Source: Clostridia bacterium (GTDB lineage Bacteria > Bacillota > Clostridia > UBA1381). From it: 28,538 nt of DNA. The translations under genes were made by a program, and so were the position numbers. Positions within the stretch are counted from its first letter, which is position 1. Every line of letters starts with the position of its first letter. The DNA is taken from positions 1-28,538 of the forward strand of contig JAFQNU010000108.1 in NCBI GenBank assembly GCA_017420825.1. Reading direction: 5' to 3'. This document shows positions 1 through 8,381 of the stretch, piece by piece. The notes beneath the pieces are model-generated. The model saw only the letters and a program-made list of their open reading frames with translations. It searched no databases and was not told where the DNA came from.

Positions 1-14
1 GGCGGGTTTAATTT

Positions 15-638
15 TTATTTAATCAACTCAAATGCTTTTAACCATTCGGTTTTTATAAGCTCATGACCGTTCATTGTTGGATGTACACCCTCTAGAGTCC
101 AGTACGGTTCGGGAACCTTTGCAAGCATTTCATCAAATTTATATTGTAACGGAACAAATACAAGGTTATTTTTCTCGGCAACTCTTTTTGCAGCCTCAGC
201 ACGTTTTTTAACCTCTGCAGAGAAGAAATCCCAGGTAGCCTCTGTTGCTGTTCCTTTAGTAACAAACGGTTCTAAAATCATAATTTTAATATCGGGAAGA
301 GCTTCCTTGACCTCTTCAATCAGCATATTATAGATTTTCTCAAATTTCGGAGCATCAACTCCATTCTGACAACCAACCTCATGCCACACATCATTAACAC
401 CGATTAAAATACTCATATAATCAGGTTTTAAGTTAATTATATCGCATTTAATTCTTGCATAAAGGTCAACAATTCTGTTACCGCTTATTCCTTTATTAAC
501 AAATTTATACTCGCCGGGGAAGTTGTAGCCTAAATGACCTGAAACCATAAAAGGATATCCTTGTCCGTAGCTTGTTTCAGATTCTCCGTTTCTTCCGCAA
601 TCGGTTATTGAATCACCTTGAAACAAAATTTTCTTCAT
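15..638 (-). CDS. SGNH/GDSL hydrolase family esterase
   Basis: Blocks GDSIT (I), GISGN (II), IGVND (III) and EGVHP (V). Start moved to the ATG at 638 because GGAG lies 9 nt upstream. Confidence 0.88.
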   Translation of the reverse strand: MKKILFQGDSITDCGRNGESETSYGQGYPFMVSGHLGYNFPGEYKFVNKGISGNRIVDLYARIKCDIINLKPDYMSILIGVNDVWHEVGCQNGVDAPKFEKIYNMLIEEVKEALPDIKIMILEPFVTKGTATEATWDFFSAEVKKRAEAAKRVAEKNNLVFVPLQYKFDEMLAKVPEPYWTLEGVHPTMNGHELIKTEWLKAFELIK

Positions 639-669
639 ATTAAACATCTCCTGTATAATTTTTTCTTAT

Positions 670-698
670 ATTGTAACATTAAAAATATCGCAATGCAA
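670..698 (-). promoter_or_regulatory. sigma-A promoter for the GDSL gene
   Basis: Minus strand TTGCAT-N17-TACAAT with a TGn extended -10. Confidence 0.6.
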
Positions 699-770
699 TA
701 GTTTTTAAGAATTTTGTTGAAATATTACGATTTACATAACTTAGTTTGCAAATTCATTACGTTTGTTTTA

Positions 771-921
771 CTATCCACATTATCCACAGAGTTATCCACG
801 CAAAAACAGCATAATTTCCACGATTTTTGAAACAATTCACACAGTTTTCCACATAATGTTGATAAATATTTCGAATGGTAGTGGATAACTTCATGTTTAC
901 ATAATGTATAATTTATCCAAT
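771..921. promoter_or_regulatory. DnaA-box cluster
   Basis: CTATCCACA 771-779, TTATCCACA 780-788, TTATCCACG 792-800, TTTTCCACA 845-853, reverse TTATCAACA 857-865, reverse TTATCCACT 880-888, plus weaker copies at 835-843 and 913-921. Consensus is TTWTNCACA. Confidence 0.8.
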
Positions 922-932
922 TATTTGCCTTT

Positions 933-1718
933 TCATTTTGCAAAATATCCGTTAATTTCAAGCCAGTTTTTCAACAAACCCGACCATTGTGCAACGTGCG
1001 GATTTTCGGGAGCAAGACCAAGACCATGAGCACCTTCGGGGAATATATGCATTTCAAAATTAATGTTAAGCTTTCTGAGCTTTTCTCCATATCGCAGGCT
1101 GTTGCAAACATTAACCGCATTGTCATTTGAGGTATGCCAGATAAAAGCCTTCGGAGTTTTTTCGTCAGCGATAAGTATAGGGTCAACGGTTGGTGCAATA
1201 TATATATTTTCACCTAAAAGGTTATACATTGAGCCTATATGTGCTATATCTAAAGCCGAGGTTGACACAACAGGATAGCATAATATCTGATAGTTTGGAA
1301 TACAATTTTCCTTATCAATTTCGTCGGTATCTTCAAATTCAATACCGTCTCTGTATGTAGATACCATTGCGGCAAGATGTCCGCCTGCCGAAGAACCCAT
1401 AACGGCAATCTTATCGGGATTTATTCCGAATTTTTCTGCATTGTGACGGACATAACGAACAGCACGTCTTGCATCAAGTAGTTCAAGCGGAAAACGGTGC
1501 GGAGACACCCTGTATTGTAAAACAAAAGCATCTATACCGATTGAGTTGAAATACTCTGCATATCCTTTTCCTTCATGTGGTGCTCTGTGTGCATATCCTC
1601 CACCCGGGAAAATAATAACAGTTCCGTCTGATTTTTTGTTTTCTGATTTGTAGTATTCAAGTACGGGAGCTTCCTCGCACATTCCGGGCACTGTGTCCCA
1701 CATCTTTAAAGTTTCCAT
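933..1718 (-). CDS. alpha/beta hydrolase (carbohydrate acetylesterase/lipase-like)
   Basis: PGGGY oxyanion motif, GSSAGG nucleophile elbow, D (DNAV) and H (HGLG) completing the triad; AAAGGA RBS. Confidence 0.88.
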   Translation of the reverse strand: METLKMWDTVPGMCEEAPVLEYYKSENKKSDGTVIIFPGGGYAHRAPHEGKGYAEYFNSIGIDAFVLQYRVSPHRFPLELLDARRAVRYVRHNAEKFGINPDKIAVMGSSAGGHLAAMVSTYRDGIEFEDTDEIDKENCIPNYQILCYPVVSTSALDIAHIGSMYNLLGENIYIAPTVDPILIADEKTPKAFIWHTSNDNAVNVCNSLRYGEKLRKLNINFEMHIFPEGAHGLGLAPENPHVAQWSGLLKNWLEINGYFAK

Positions 1719-1736
1719 CTTTATTTTCCTTTCTTT

Positions 1737-2750
1737 TTATAATTTAATTTTTTCTAAGAATAATTTACATATATTATATGTTGCTTCAATATCCTTTTTT
1801 GATGCTATTCCTGCTGGTGAGTGAAGATATCTGCAAGGGACAGACACCGATGCGGTTTTTATGCCCTCTGCAGTTTTATGAATAATTCCTGCATCATTTC
1901 CTCCTGCAACAACTGTTTTATACTGAACAGGAATGTTATTTCCTTTAGCTGTATTATACAGCCACTTTGAAAAATCATCATCTACAATAGTTGTCCTGTC
2001 CATGAATGTGACAGCAGCGCCACCGTTTAGTTTTGTGACATGTTCATGTTCATTTACATCGGGCGACTCTGAACAGGTGGTGGCTTCAACTACAAGTGCA
2101 ATATCGGGCTGTATTTTATATGCCGCAATTGTTGCACCTCTCAAGCCTACCTCCTCCTGTGTACAGAAGCAAAAAACAGTATCATATTCAGGCTGTACTT
2201 CTTCTATAAGTTTGGATAAGATATAACAGCCTGCCCTGTCATCGATGGCTTTTGCCTTTATTGATGTCTTGCCAAGCTCTTCATATTTTGTGTCGAATAC
2301 TGCATAATCACCGAGGTTTACATATTTTTTTGCATCCTCTTCGTCCTTTGCACCTATGTCAATATATAAATCCTTGACCTTCGGAACACTTTCTCTCTCG
2401 GATTTTGTTGTAAGGTGAACAGCTTTTATGCCGATTATACCTTTTATTTTATCTTTTCCGATAAGCACCTTTTTTGAAATTATAACTCTTGTGTCTATAC
2501 CGCCCACAGCCTTAAATTCAAGGTATCCCTCTTTGGTTATACCGCTTATAATAAAGCCTACTTCGTCTGTATGGCACGATACCATAACTGTTTTATCATG
2601 TGACTTTCCGTTTTTTTTCGCAAACAGATTTCCCATGCTGTCAACCGATATTTCATCAGCATACGATATAATTTCTTCCTTTATAATATCCCGTACCTCT
2701 GTTTCACAGCCGCTTACACCAAAGGCATTACATAGCTTTTCTAATAACAT
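1737..2750 (-). CDS. M42 family aminopeptidase (paralogue C)
   Basis: CHTDEVG, DDRAG, QEEVGLRGA, VEAT and YLHSP motifs. GGAGG 7 nt before the ATG at 2750; overlaps the upstream gene's stop. Confidence 0.92.
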   Translation of the reverse strand: MLLEKLCNAFGVSGCETEVRDIIKEEIISYADEISVDSMGNLFAKKNGKSHDKTVMVSCHTDEVGFIISGITKEGYLEFKAVGGIDTRVIISKKVLIGKDKIKGIIGIKAVHLTTKSERESVPKVKDLYIDIGAKDEEDAKKYVNLGDYAVFDTKYEELGKTSIKAKAIDDRAGCYILSKLIEEVQPEYDTVFCFCTQEEVGLRGATIAAYKIQPDIALVVEATTCSESPDVNEHEHVTKLNGGAAVTFMDRTTIVDDDFSKWLYNTAKGNNIPVQYKTVVAGGNDAGIIHKTAEGIKTASVSVPCRYLHSPAGIASKKDIEATYNICKLFLEKIKL

Positions 2751-3772
2751 AGCCAATCCTCCGCAAAATCATCCGAGTCCTTCACAAAATGCTCAATAAG
2801 AGCAATTGTTGCCTCAAAATCAGACATATTCATTGTCTCAACGCTTGTATGCATATATTTTAACGGAATTGAAAGCAGTGCTGTCGGCACACCTGTTTTT
2901 GTAACCTGAATTGCCCATGCATCTGTGCCTGTATCTCCGTCATCAACATCTGTATTTGTCTTTATATCATACTTTTTAGCAAGCTCAAAGAGCTTTTCTG
3001 ACATTTTGGGGTGAATGTTCGGCCCGATTGTGACAACAGTTCCGCTTCCTGCCTCAAACGCATTTTTCGAGTTGTCAGGAGTGACGGCATGGCATACATC
3101 AATAGCAATTGCCATATCGGGGAAAATTCCAAACGACGCAACCCTTGCACCCCTTAAACCAACCTCTTCCTGTGTTGAGATTGATGCATATAAATCGGCA
3201 TCAATCGCCCCAACTCTTTTAAACACCTCAATTACAGCACATACTCCTGCCCTGTCATCAAGAGTTTTTAAGCTTATATTATCATTTAACAGTTTTCCTA
3301 CTGATTGCGAGAGTGTTACCGAGTCCCCAACCGAAACAAGCTCACACACCTCTTCATATGAAAGACCTGTGTCTATTGTCATATCGGTAATTTTAACGCT
3401 TTTGTCACCCTCTCCCGACGTCATTAAATGCGGAGGCTTTGCACCGATTACACCTTTTAAGTCCTTTTTTGCGTGTACTGTAACCTCGGAGGCAGGCAAA
3501 ATTCTCGGGTCCACGCCCCCAATATTTATAAATTTTAAAAAACCGTTCTTTTCTATTTGGGAAACCATCAGACCGATTTCGTCCATGTGAGCCTCAAGCA
3601 TAATTTTTTTATTTGATTTCTTTCCTTTTTTCAGGGCAATGATGTTTCCTAAGCTGTCAACTCTTACTTCATTACAGTATGGCTCTATAAGCTTTTTAAT
3701 TTGTTCGTTTATCCTGTACTCAAAGCCTGAAATTCCGCGAAGGTCACTTAACTCTTTTAAAAATTTCTCCAT
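2741..3772 (-). CDS. M42 family aminopeptidase (paralogue B)
   Basis: AHMDEIG, LDDRAG, QEEVGLRGA, AIDV and YMHT motifs; AAAGGA RBS. Confidence 0.92.
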   Translation of the reverse strand: MEKFLKELSDLRGISGFEYRINEQIKKLIEPYCNEVRVDSLGNIIALKKGKKSNKKIMLEAHMDEIGLMVSQIEKNGFLKFINIGGVDPRILPASEVTVHAKKDLKGVIGAKPPHLMTSGEGDKSVKITDMTIDTGLSYEEVCELVSVGDSVTLSQSVGKLLNDNISLKTLDDRAGVCAVIEVFKRVGAIDADLYASISTQEEVGLRGARVASFGIFPDMAIAIDVCHAVTPDNSKNAFEAGSGTVVTIGPNIHPKMSEKLFELAKKYDIKTNTDVDDGDTGTDAWAIQVTKTGVPTALLSIPLKYMHTSVETMNMSDFEATIALIEHFVKDSDDFAEDWLCY

Positions 3773-3786
3773 TGTTTATCCTTTCA

Positions 3787-5163
3787 TTATAATGAGTTCA
3801 CAATATTTTTGAACGTATTTCCTCTTTCTTCAAAGTTATTAAACATATCAAAGCTTGTGCTTGCAGGAGACAGCAAAACTGTATCACCTTCTTTTGCGTT
3901 TTCTCTCGCAAAGGCTACCGCCTCGTCATAGGTTTTTGCACGCAAAACGTTTACGCATGGCTCAATTTTCATATCCTTATATGCCTTATTTAAAGCATTT
4001 TCGATTGCATCTGAGGTTGCACCAATCAGCACAAGAGTTTTTACATGATTAACAATTGCAGGACCTATTTCATCGTAGGCAATTCCTTTATCCTTTCCGC
4101 CTGAAATCATTACAACCTTTTCGCTGAAAACCTTTAATGTATTTATTGTTCTGTTTGGACTTGAATCTATTGAACTGTTATAATATTTAACTCCGTCAAG
4201 AACTCTTACAAGCTCAATTCTGTGTTCCACTCCGCCAAAGGTTTTTGCGATTTCACAAATAGAATTTTTGCTGACAAGTCCATAAACTGCTCCGATTGCT
4301 GTCATGTAGTTTTCTACATTATGCGCACCCGGCACCTTTATGTCGGAAACCTTTAAAATATCATCATCACCAAAATATATGGTATCATTTTTTATAGAAA
4401 TAAGTGCGTTGTCCTTTGATGAGAAAAGCCGTAATTCACCCTTTGCTTCCTTCGAAATTTCAAAGGTAACATCATTTGACATATTTGCAACAAATATATT
4501 ATTGCTGTTCTGATAAAGCATAATATTTTTCTTTGCATCTATGTATTCCTGATAGTCCTTGTGCATATCTAGGTGATTTGGGGTAATATTTGTCATTACT
4601 GCAATTTCAGGGGATTTTCTCATGGTGTGAAGCTGAAAGCTTGAAAGCTCTAAAACAACATAATCATCAGCTGTCATTTCACCAACCCTTGTCAAAAGAG
4701 GGAAGCCGATATTTCCGCCAAGCCATGCATGCTTGCCTTCCTTTTCAAGCATCTTGTGAATAAGAGTGGTGGTTGTGGTTTTTCCGTCACTGCCTGTTAT
4801 TGCAATGATGTGTGACGGACAAAGCTCAAAAAATACTTCCATTTCGGACGTTACAACAGCACCTCGTTCTCTTGCACTGTTCAATTCAGGCAAATCGTAT
4901 CTCATGCCCGGAGTTTTGAACACTACATCACCGTCAATATTTTTGAGATAGTCCTCACCAAGATATAGCACAACACCAAGCTCTTTTAGCTCACTGCAAA
5001 CCGAGCCAAGCTTTTCTTCCGTTCTTTTATCGCACGCACTGACCTTACAGCCAAGTGCCGCAAGGTACTTTATTAATGGCAGATTACTTATGCCTATTCC
5101 GATAACTGTAACTTTTTTTGTTTTAATTTCTTCTTCAAATCTCAAAAGCTTTTCATTAATCAA
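3787..5163 (-). CDS. murD: UDP-N-acetylmuramoyl-L-alanine--D-glutamate ligase
   Basis: GIGISN Rossmann start, GSDGKTTT P-loop, ELSSFQL, NITPNHLD, EHRIE and LLSPASTSFDMF. TTG start at 5163 with GGAGG 8 nt upstream; overlaps the stop of paralogue A. Confidence 0.93.
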   Translation of the reverse strand: MINEKLLRFEEEIKTKKVTVIGIGISNLPLIKYLAALGCKVSACDKRTEEKLGSVCSELKELGVVLYLGEDYLKNIDGDVVFKTPGMRYDLPELNSARERGAVVTSEMEVFFELCPSHIIAITGSDGKTTTTTLIHKMLEKEGKHAWLGGNIGFPLLTRVGEMTADDYVVLELSSFQLHTMRKSPEIAVMTNITPNHLDMHKDYQEYIDAKKNIMLYQNSNNIFVANMSNDVTFEISKEAKGELRLFSSKDNALISIKNDTIYFGDDDILKVSDIKVPGAHNVENYMTAIGAVYGLVSKNSICEIAKTFGGVEHRIELVRVLDGVKYYNSSIDSSPNRTINTLKVFSEKVVMISGGKDKGIAYDEIGPAIVNHVKTLVLIGATSDAIENALNKAYKDMKIEPCVNVLRAKTYDEAVAFARENAKEGDTVLLSPASTSFDMFNNFEERGNTFKNIVNSL

Positions 5164-6145
5164 TTCTATTACCTCCAAAATCAAATTCTGCAAATGATAT
5201 GAGTAAGTCTGTACAATCATTTAAGTCCTTTTTTGAGATAAGCTCTGAGGGTGAATGTATATATCGGGTTGGAATTGATATTCCGCCTGTTTTCACACCT
5301 GAACCTGATAATGATATTGCACCTGCATCAGTTCCGCCGTCATTCATAACCTCAAGCTGATAGTCAATATTGTTTTTCTTTGCAAGCTCAACCAAAACAC
5401 TTCGCACAAAGGTATCACACAAAACAGAGCGGTCCATAACCTTTATTGCCGCACCTTTGCCTGACTTTACTGCCATTTTTATTCCTTCGGGAGTGTCTCC
5501 TGTGTCGGTTACATCAACCGCAAGAGCATAATCAGGAGCTATTTTAAAAGCAGATGTTCTTGCACCTCTTAAGCCTACCTCTTCCTGTGATGTAAATACA
5601 AAATATAAATCATTATCAGATTTTACATTTTTTAAAGCCTCAATCAGCACATAACAGCCTGCACGGTTATCAAGTGCTTTTGATATTACAGTGTCGCTGT
5701 TTTCGTAAAATTCTCCGCAAAATACTGCCATATCACCTGTTGATACCAATTTTTCGGCGCTCTCTTTATCCTTAGCACCAATATCGACATACATTTTGGG
5801 AATTTTTCTGTCCTTGTTATCCTCCTCTGAGCCTATAACTCCCACAATTCCGTTTTCAAAACGGACACGTCGTCCCAATAAATCCTTATTATAAAGTCCG
5901 CCGACTGCAGAAAAACGTATAAATCCGTTTTCATCGGTAAAGGTTGCAACTATGCCTATTTCGTCCATGTGAGCGGCAAGCATTATCTTGCTTTTTGTAC
6001 CTTTCTTTCTAACTATAAGATTTCCGAGTGCATCAGTGCTTACCTCATCAGCATATGCACTGACTTCTGATTTTATAAATTCAGAGATGTTTTTCTCTCG
6101 TCCTGACGGCCCAAAAACCTCTGTTAATTTTTTTAATAAATCCAT
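5156..6145 (-). CDS. M42 family aminopeptidase (paralogue A)
   Basis: AHMDEIG, LDNRAG, QEEVGLRGA, AVDVT and YIHSP motifs; GAGGAG RBS. Confidence 0.92.
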   Translation of the reverse strand: MDLLKKLTEVFGPSGREKNISEFIKSEVSAYADEVSTDALGNLIVRKKGTKSKIMLAAHMDEIGIVATFTDENGFIRFSAVGGLYNKDLLGRRVRFENGIVGVIGSEEDNKDRKIPKMYVDIGAKDKESAEKLVSTGDMAVFCGEFYENSDTVISKALDNRAGCYVLIEALKNVKSDNDLYFVFTSQEEVGLRGARTSAFKIAPDYALAVDVTDTGDTPEGIKMAVKSGKGAAIKVMDRSVLCDTFVRSVLVELAKKNNIDYQLEVMNDGGTDAGAISLSGSGVKTGGISIPTRYIHSPSELISKKDLNDCTDLLISFAEFDFGGNRID

Positions 6146-6184
6146 CTTGTATCTCCTCTTATTATCATATTAAAACTACCTTTT

Positions 6185-6213
6185 ATTATATTATTTAATG
6201 TGGCCTGTGTCAA
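6185..6213 (-). promoter_or_regulatory. sigma-A promoter for the M42-murD operon
   Basis: Minus strand perfect TTGACA-N17-TATAAT. Confidence 0.85.
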
Positions 6214-6220
6214 TGTTTTT

Positions 6221-6269
6221 TATTAAACTTTTGCCTTATTTTTCTTGACATTTAAAACAAAGTTTAATA
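6221..6269. repeat. 11-bp perfect inverted repeat straddling the plus-strand promoter
   Basis: TATTAAACTTT (6221-6231) and AAAGTTTAATA (6259-6269), 27-nt spacer. Confidence 0.55.
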
Positions 6270-6273
6270 TAAT
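6245..6273 (+). promoter_or_regulatory. sigma-A promoter for deacetylase-aroA
   Basis: Perfect TTGACA-N17-TATAAT. Confidence 0.85.
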
Positions 6274-6299
6274 AGATAAAAAAAGAAAGGAAGAGAATT

Positions 6300-7148
6300 A
6301 TGGGAGTTTATATGGTTTTTCCGAAAGGAAAGAGAAAGGCGCTTACATTGAGCTATGATGATGGAATAAGACAGGACAGAAGGCTCGTTGAAATATTGGA
6401 CAGATATGCAATCAAGGGTACATTTAATGTAAACTGCGGTAGTATGAATGAAGAGGTGGATTTTGAGGCAAAAACCGGAAAAATGAGCAAGGAAGAGATT
6501 AAAGCATTATTTGAAAATTCAGCTCATGAGCTTGCAATTCACGGTTATACACATGAATTTGACAATCTTCTGCCCAATAATATAATGGTTAATGAAATAA
6601 TTGAGGACAGAAAAGCACTCGAGAAGCTGACAGGAAAGATAATAAGAGGTATGGCATATCCGTTTGGTACATATAATGATAAGCTTGTTGACTGCTTAAA
6701 GGCTTGCGGAATAGTATATTCAAGAACGGTTATATCAAGCCATTCCTTTAAAATTCCGACAGACTGGTTAAGACTTGAGGCAACCTGTCATCATTCCGAT
6801 AAAGAATTAATGAATTTGTGCGACAGTTTCCTTGAAGGCAAGCCAACATTTCCGCAGGTGTTCTATTTATGGGGACACAGTTTTGAATTTGACCGTAACG
6901 TAGAAAATAATAATTGGGGAATAATAGAAAAGTTTGCTGAAAAAATGGGAAATCGTGACGATATATGGTATGCAACAAATATTGAAATATATGATTATGT
7001 TAAGGCATATGAGGCGCTCGATTTTTCAACCGACGAATCGCTTGTACATAATCCCACAGCAACAGATGTGTATATTATTTGTTCAAGAACTCCTGATAGT
7101 CCTGTCGTTGAGGTAAAGGCAGGACAGACAGTAAGATTAAAGGATTGA
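6300..7148 (+). CDS. Polysaccharide deacetylase (NodB/CE4 family)
   Basis: LSYDDG (motif 1), HGYTH (metal HxxxH), AYPFG and YLWGH motifs. Confidence 0.85.
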   Translation: MGVYMVFPKGKRKALTLSYDDGIRQDRRLVEILDRYAIKGTFNVNCGSMNEEVDFEAKTGKMSKEEIKALFENSAHELAIHGYTHEFDNLLPNNIMVNEIIEDRKALEKLTGKIIRGMAYPFGTYNDKLVDCLKACGIVYSRTVISSHSFKIPTDWLRLEATCHHSDKELMNLCDSFLEGKPTFPQVFYLWGHSFEFDRNVENNNWGIIEKFAEKMGNRDDIWYATNIEIYDYVKAYEALDFSTDESLVHNPTATDVYIICSRTPDSPVVEVKAGQTVRLKD

Positions 7149-7152
7149 TATA

Positions 7153-8340
7153 ATGGATATTACAATAACACCGAAGAAATTATCGGGAAAGGTTTGTGCA
7201 GTTGCATCAAAGTCCTTTGCACACAGGATAATTATTGCGGCGGCGCTTTCTGATAAGCCTACAAAAATATACTTGAATACTACCTCTGAGGATATTGAAG
7301 CAACTCTTGATTGTATGGAAAAGTTAGGTGCAAAAGTTCAGAAGAGTGACGGATATATCCTGATAACACCGATAAAGGAGACAATTACGCCTGTTCTTGA
7401 TTGTAATGAGAGCGGTTCAACAGCAAGATTTTTACTTCCTGTTTCGGCGGTACTTTGTGACAGCTTTGAAATGATAGGCAAAGGCAGACTCCCCGAACGT
7501 CCCTTTACTCCGCTTATTAATGAAATGAGAAAAAAGGGCGTTGAAATTTCAAACGATTTACTTCCGTTCAAGGTAACGCACAGACTTTGCGGCGGTGAAT
7601 ACCAAATTGCAGGAAATGTCAGTTCTCAATATATTACGGGACTGATGCTTGCATTGCCATTGTGCAGTGAATCAAGTAAAATAATACTTACATCACCGCT
7701 TGAGTCAAAGGCATATGTAGATATAACAATAGAGGTTTTAGGGCTGTTTGGAATTAATATAGAAGAAACAGAAAACGGTTACAGAATAGAACCGCAAAAA
7801 TTTATTTCACCAGGTGAAATTAAGGTAGAGGGTGACTGGTCAAACAGTGCGTTCTGGATAGTGGCGAATAAGCTTTGCGGAAATATTAGTGTTGACGGAG
7901 TGAACTATCAGAGTACACAGGGTGATATGAAAATTCTTGAAATACTTGATGATGACGTGATTGACGCAAAGGAAATTCCCGACCTTGTACCGATTTTGGC
8001 GGTATGTGCATGTGCAAAAAAAGGAAAAACTCTAATCACCAATGCAGAGAGACTAAGAATAAAGGAAAGTGACAGATTAAATGCTGTAACAACCGTATTA
8101 AATGCACTTGGTGCAGATATTCGGGAGCTTCCCGACGGGCTTGAAATAAATGGTACAGGAGAATTACATGGCGGAGAATGTGACGGATTTGGTGACCACA
8201 GAATTGTCATGTCTGCCGCCATTGCATCTGTAATCTGCAAAAGCAAGGTAACAATTCATGGTGCAGAGGCGGTAAATAAATCATATCCGACTTTTTTTGA
8301 GGATTTTAAAAGGCTTAATGGTGATTTTGTAATTTACTGA
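7153..8340 (+). CDS. aroA: 3-phosphoshikimate 1-carboxyvinyltransferase (EPSP synthase)
   Basis: SKSFAHR, ESGSTARF, SSQYITGL, EGDWS, PDLVP, KESDR, DHR and KSYPTF motifs. Confidence 0.92.
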   Translation: MDITITPKKLSGKVCAVASKSFAHRIIIAAALSDKPTKIYLNTTSEDIEATLDCMEKLGAKVQKSDGYILITPIKETITPVLDCNESGSTARFLLPVSAVLCDSFEMIGKGRLPERPFTPLINEMRKKGVEISNDLLPFKVTHRLCGGEYQIAGNVSSQYITGLMLALPLCSESSKIILTSPLESKAYVDITIEVLGLFGINIEETENGYRIEPQKFISPGEIKVEGDWSNSAFWIVANKLCGNISVDGVNYQSTQGDMKILEILDDDVIDAKEIPDLVPILAVCACAKKGKTLITNAERLRIKESDRLNAVTTVLNALGADIRELPDGLEINGTGELHGGECDGFGDHRIVMSAAIASVICKSKVTIHGAEAVNKSYPTFFEDFKRLNGDFVIY

Positions 8341-8350
8341 TAAAATTTTA

Positions 8351-8377
8351 TCCGCAAGATTATAACAATCTTGCGGA
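8351..8377. terminator. Bidirectional rho-independent terminator between aroA and nrdG
   Basis: Perfect 11-bp stem TCCGCAAGATT/AATCTTGCGGA, 5-nt loop, A/T-rich flanks, between convergent stops. Confidence 0.85.
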
Positions 8378-8381
8378 ATTT

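Noticed and set aside
771-921. Interpretation as the chromosomal oriC
   Set aside because: No dnaA/dnaN/gidA neighbours and no convincing DnaA-trio run are visible; kept only as a minor alternative pending GC-skew analysis.
725-961. 78-aa minus-strand ORF with repeated VDN-like residues
   Set aside because: The VDN residues are translated DnaA boxes (GTGGATAA); there is no RBS and it overlaps the esterase 3' end.
5164-5220. N-terminal extension of murD in the ORF track
   Set aside because: It lies inside M42-A; the RBS supports the TTG start at 5163.
2140-5595. Recurrent nucleotide stretch resembling CCTACCTCTTCCTG at about 2146, 3160 and 5576
   Set aside because: It encodes the conserved QEEVGLRGA motif of the three M42 paralogues and is not a dispersed repeat element.
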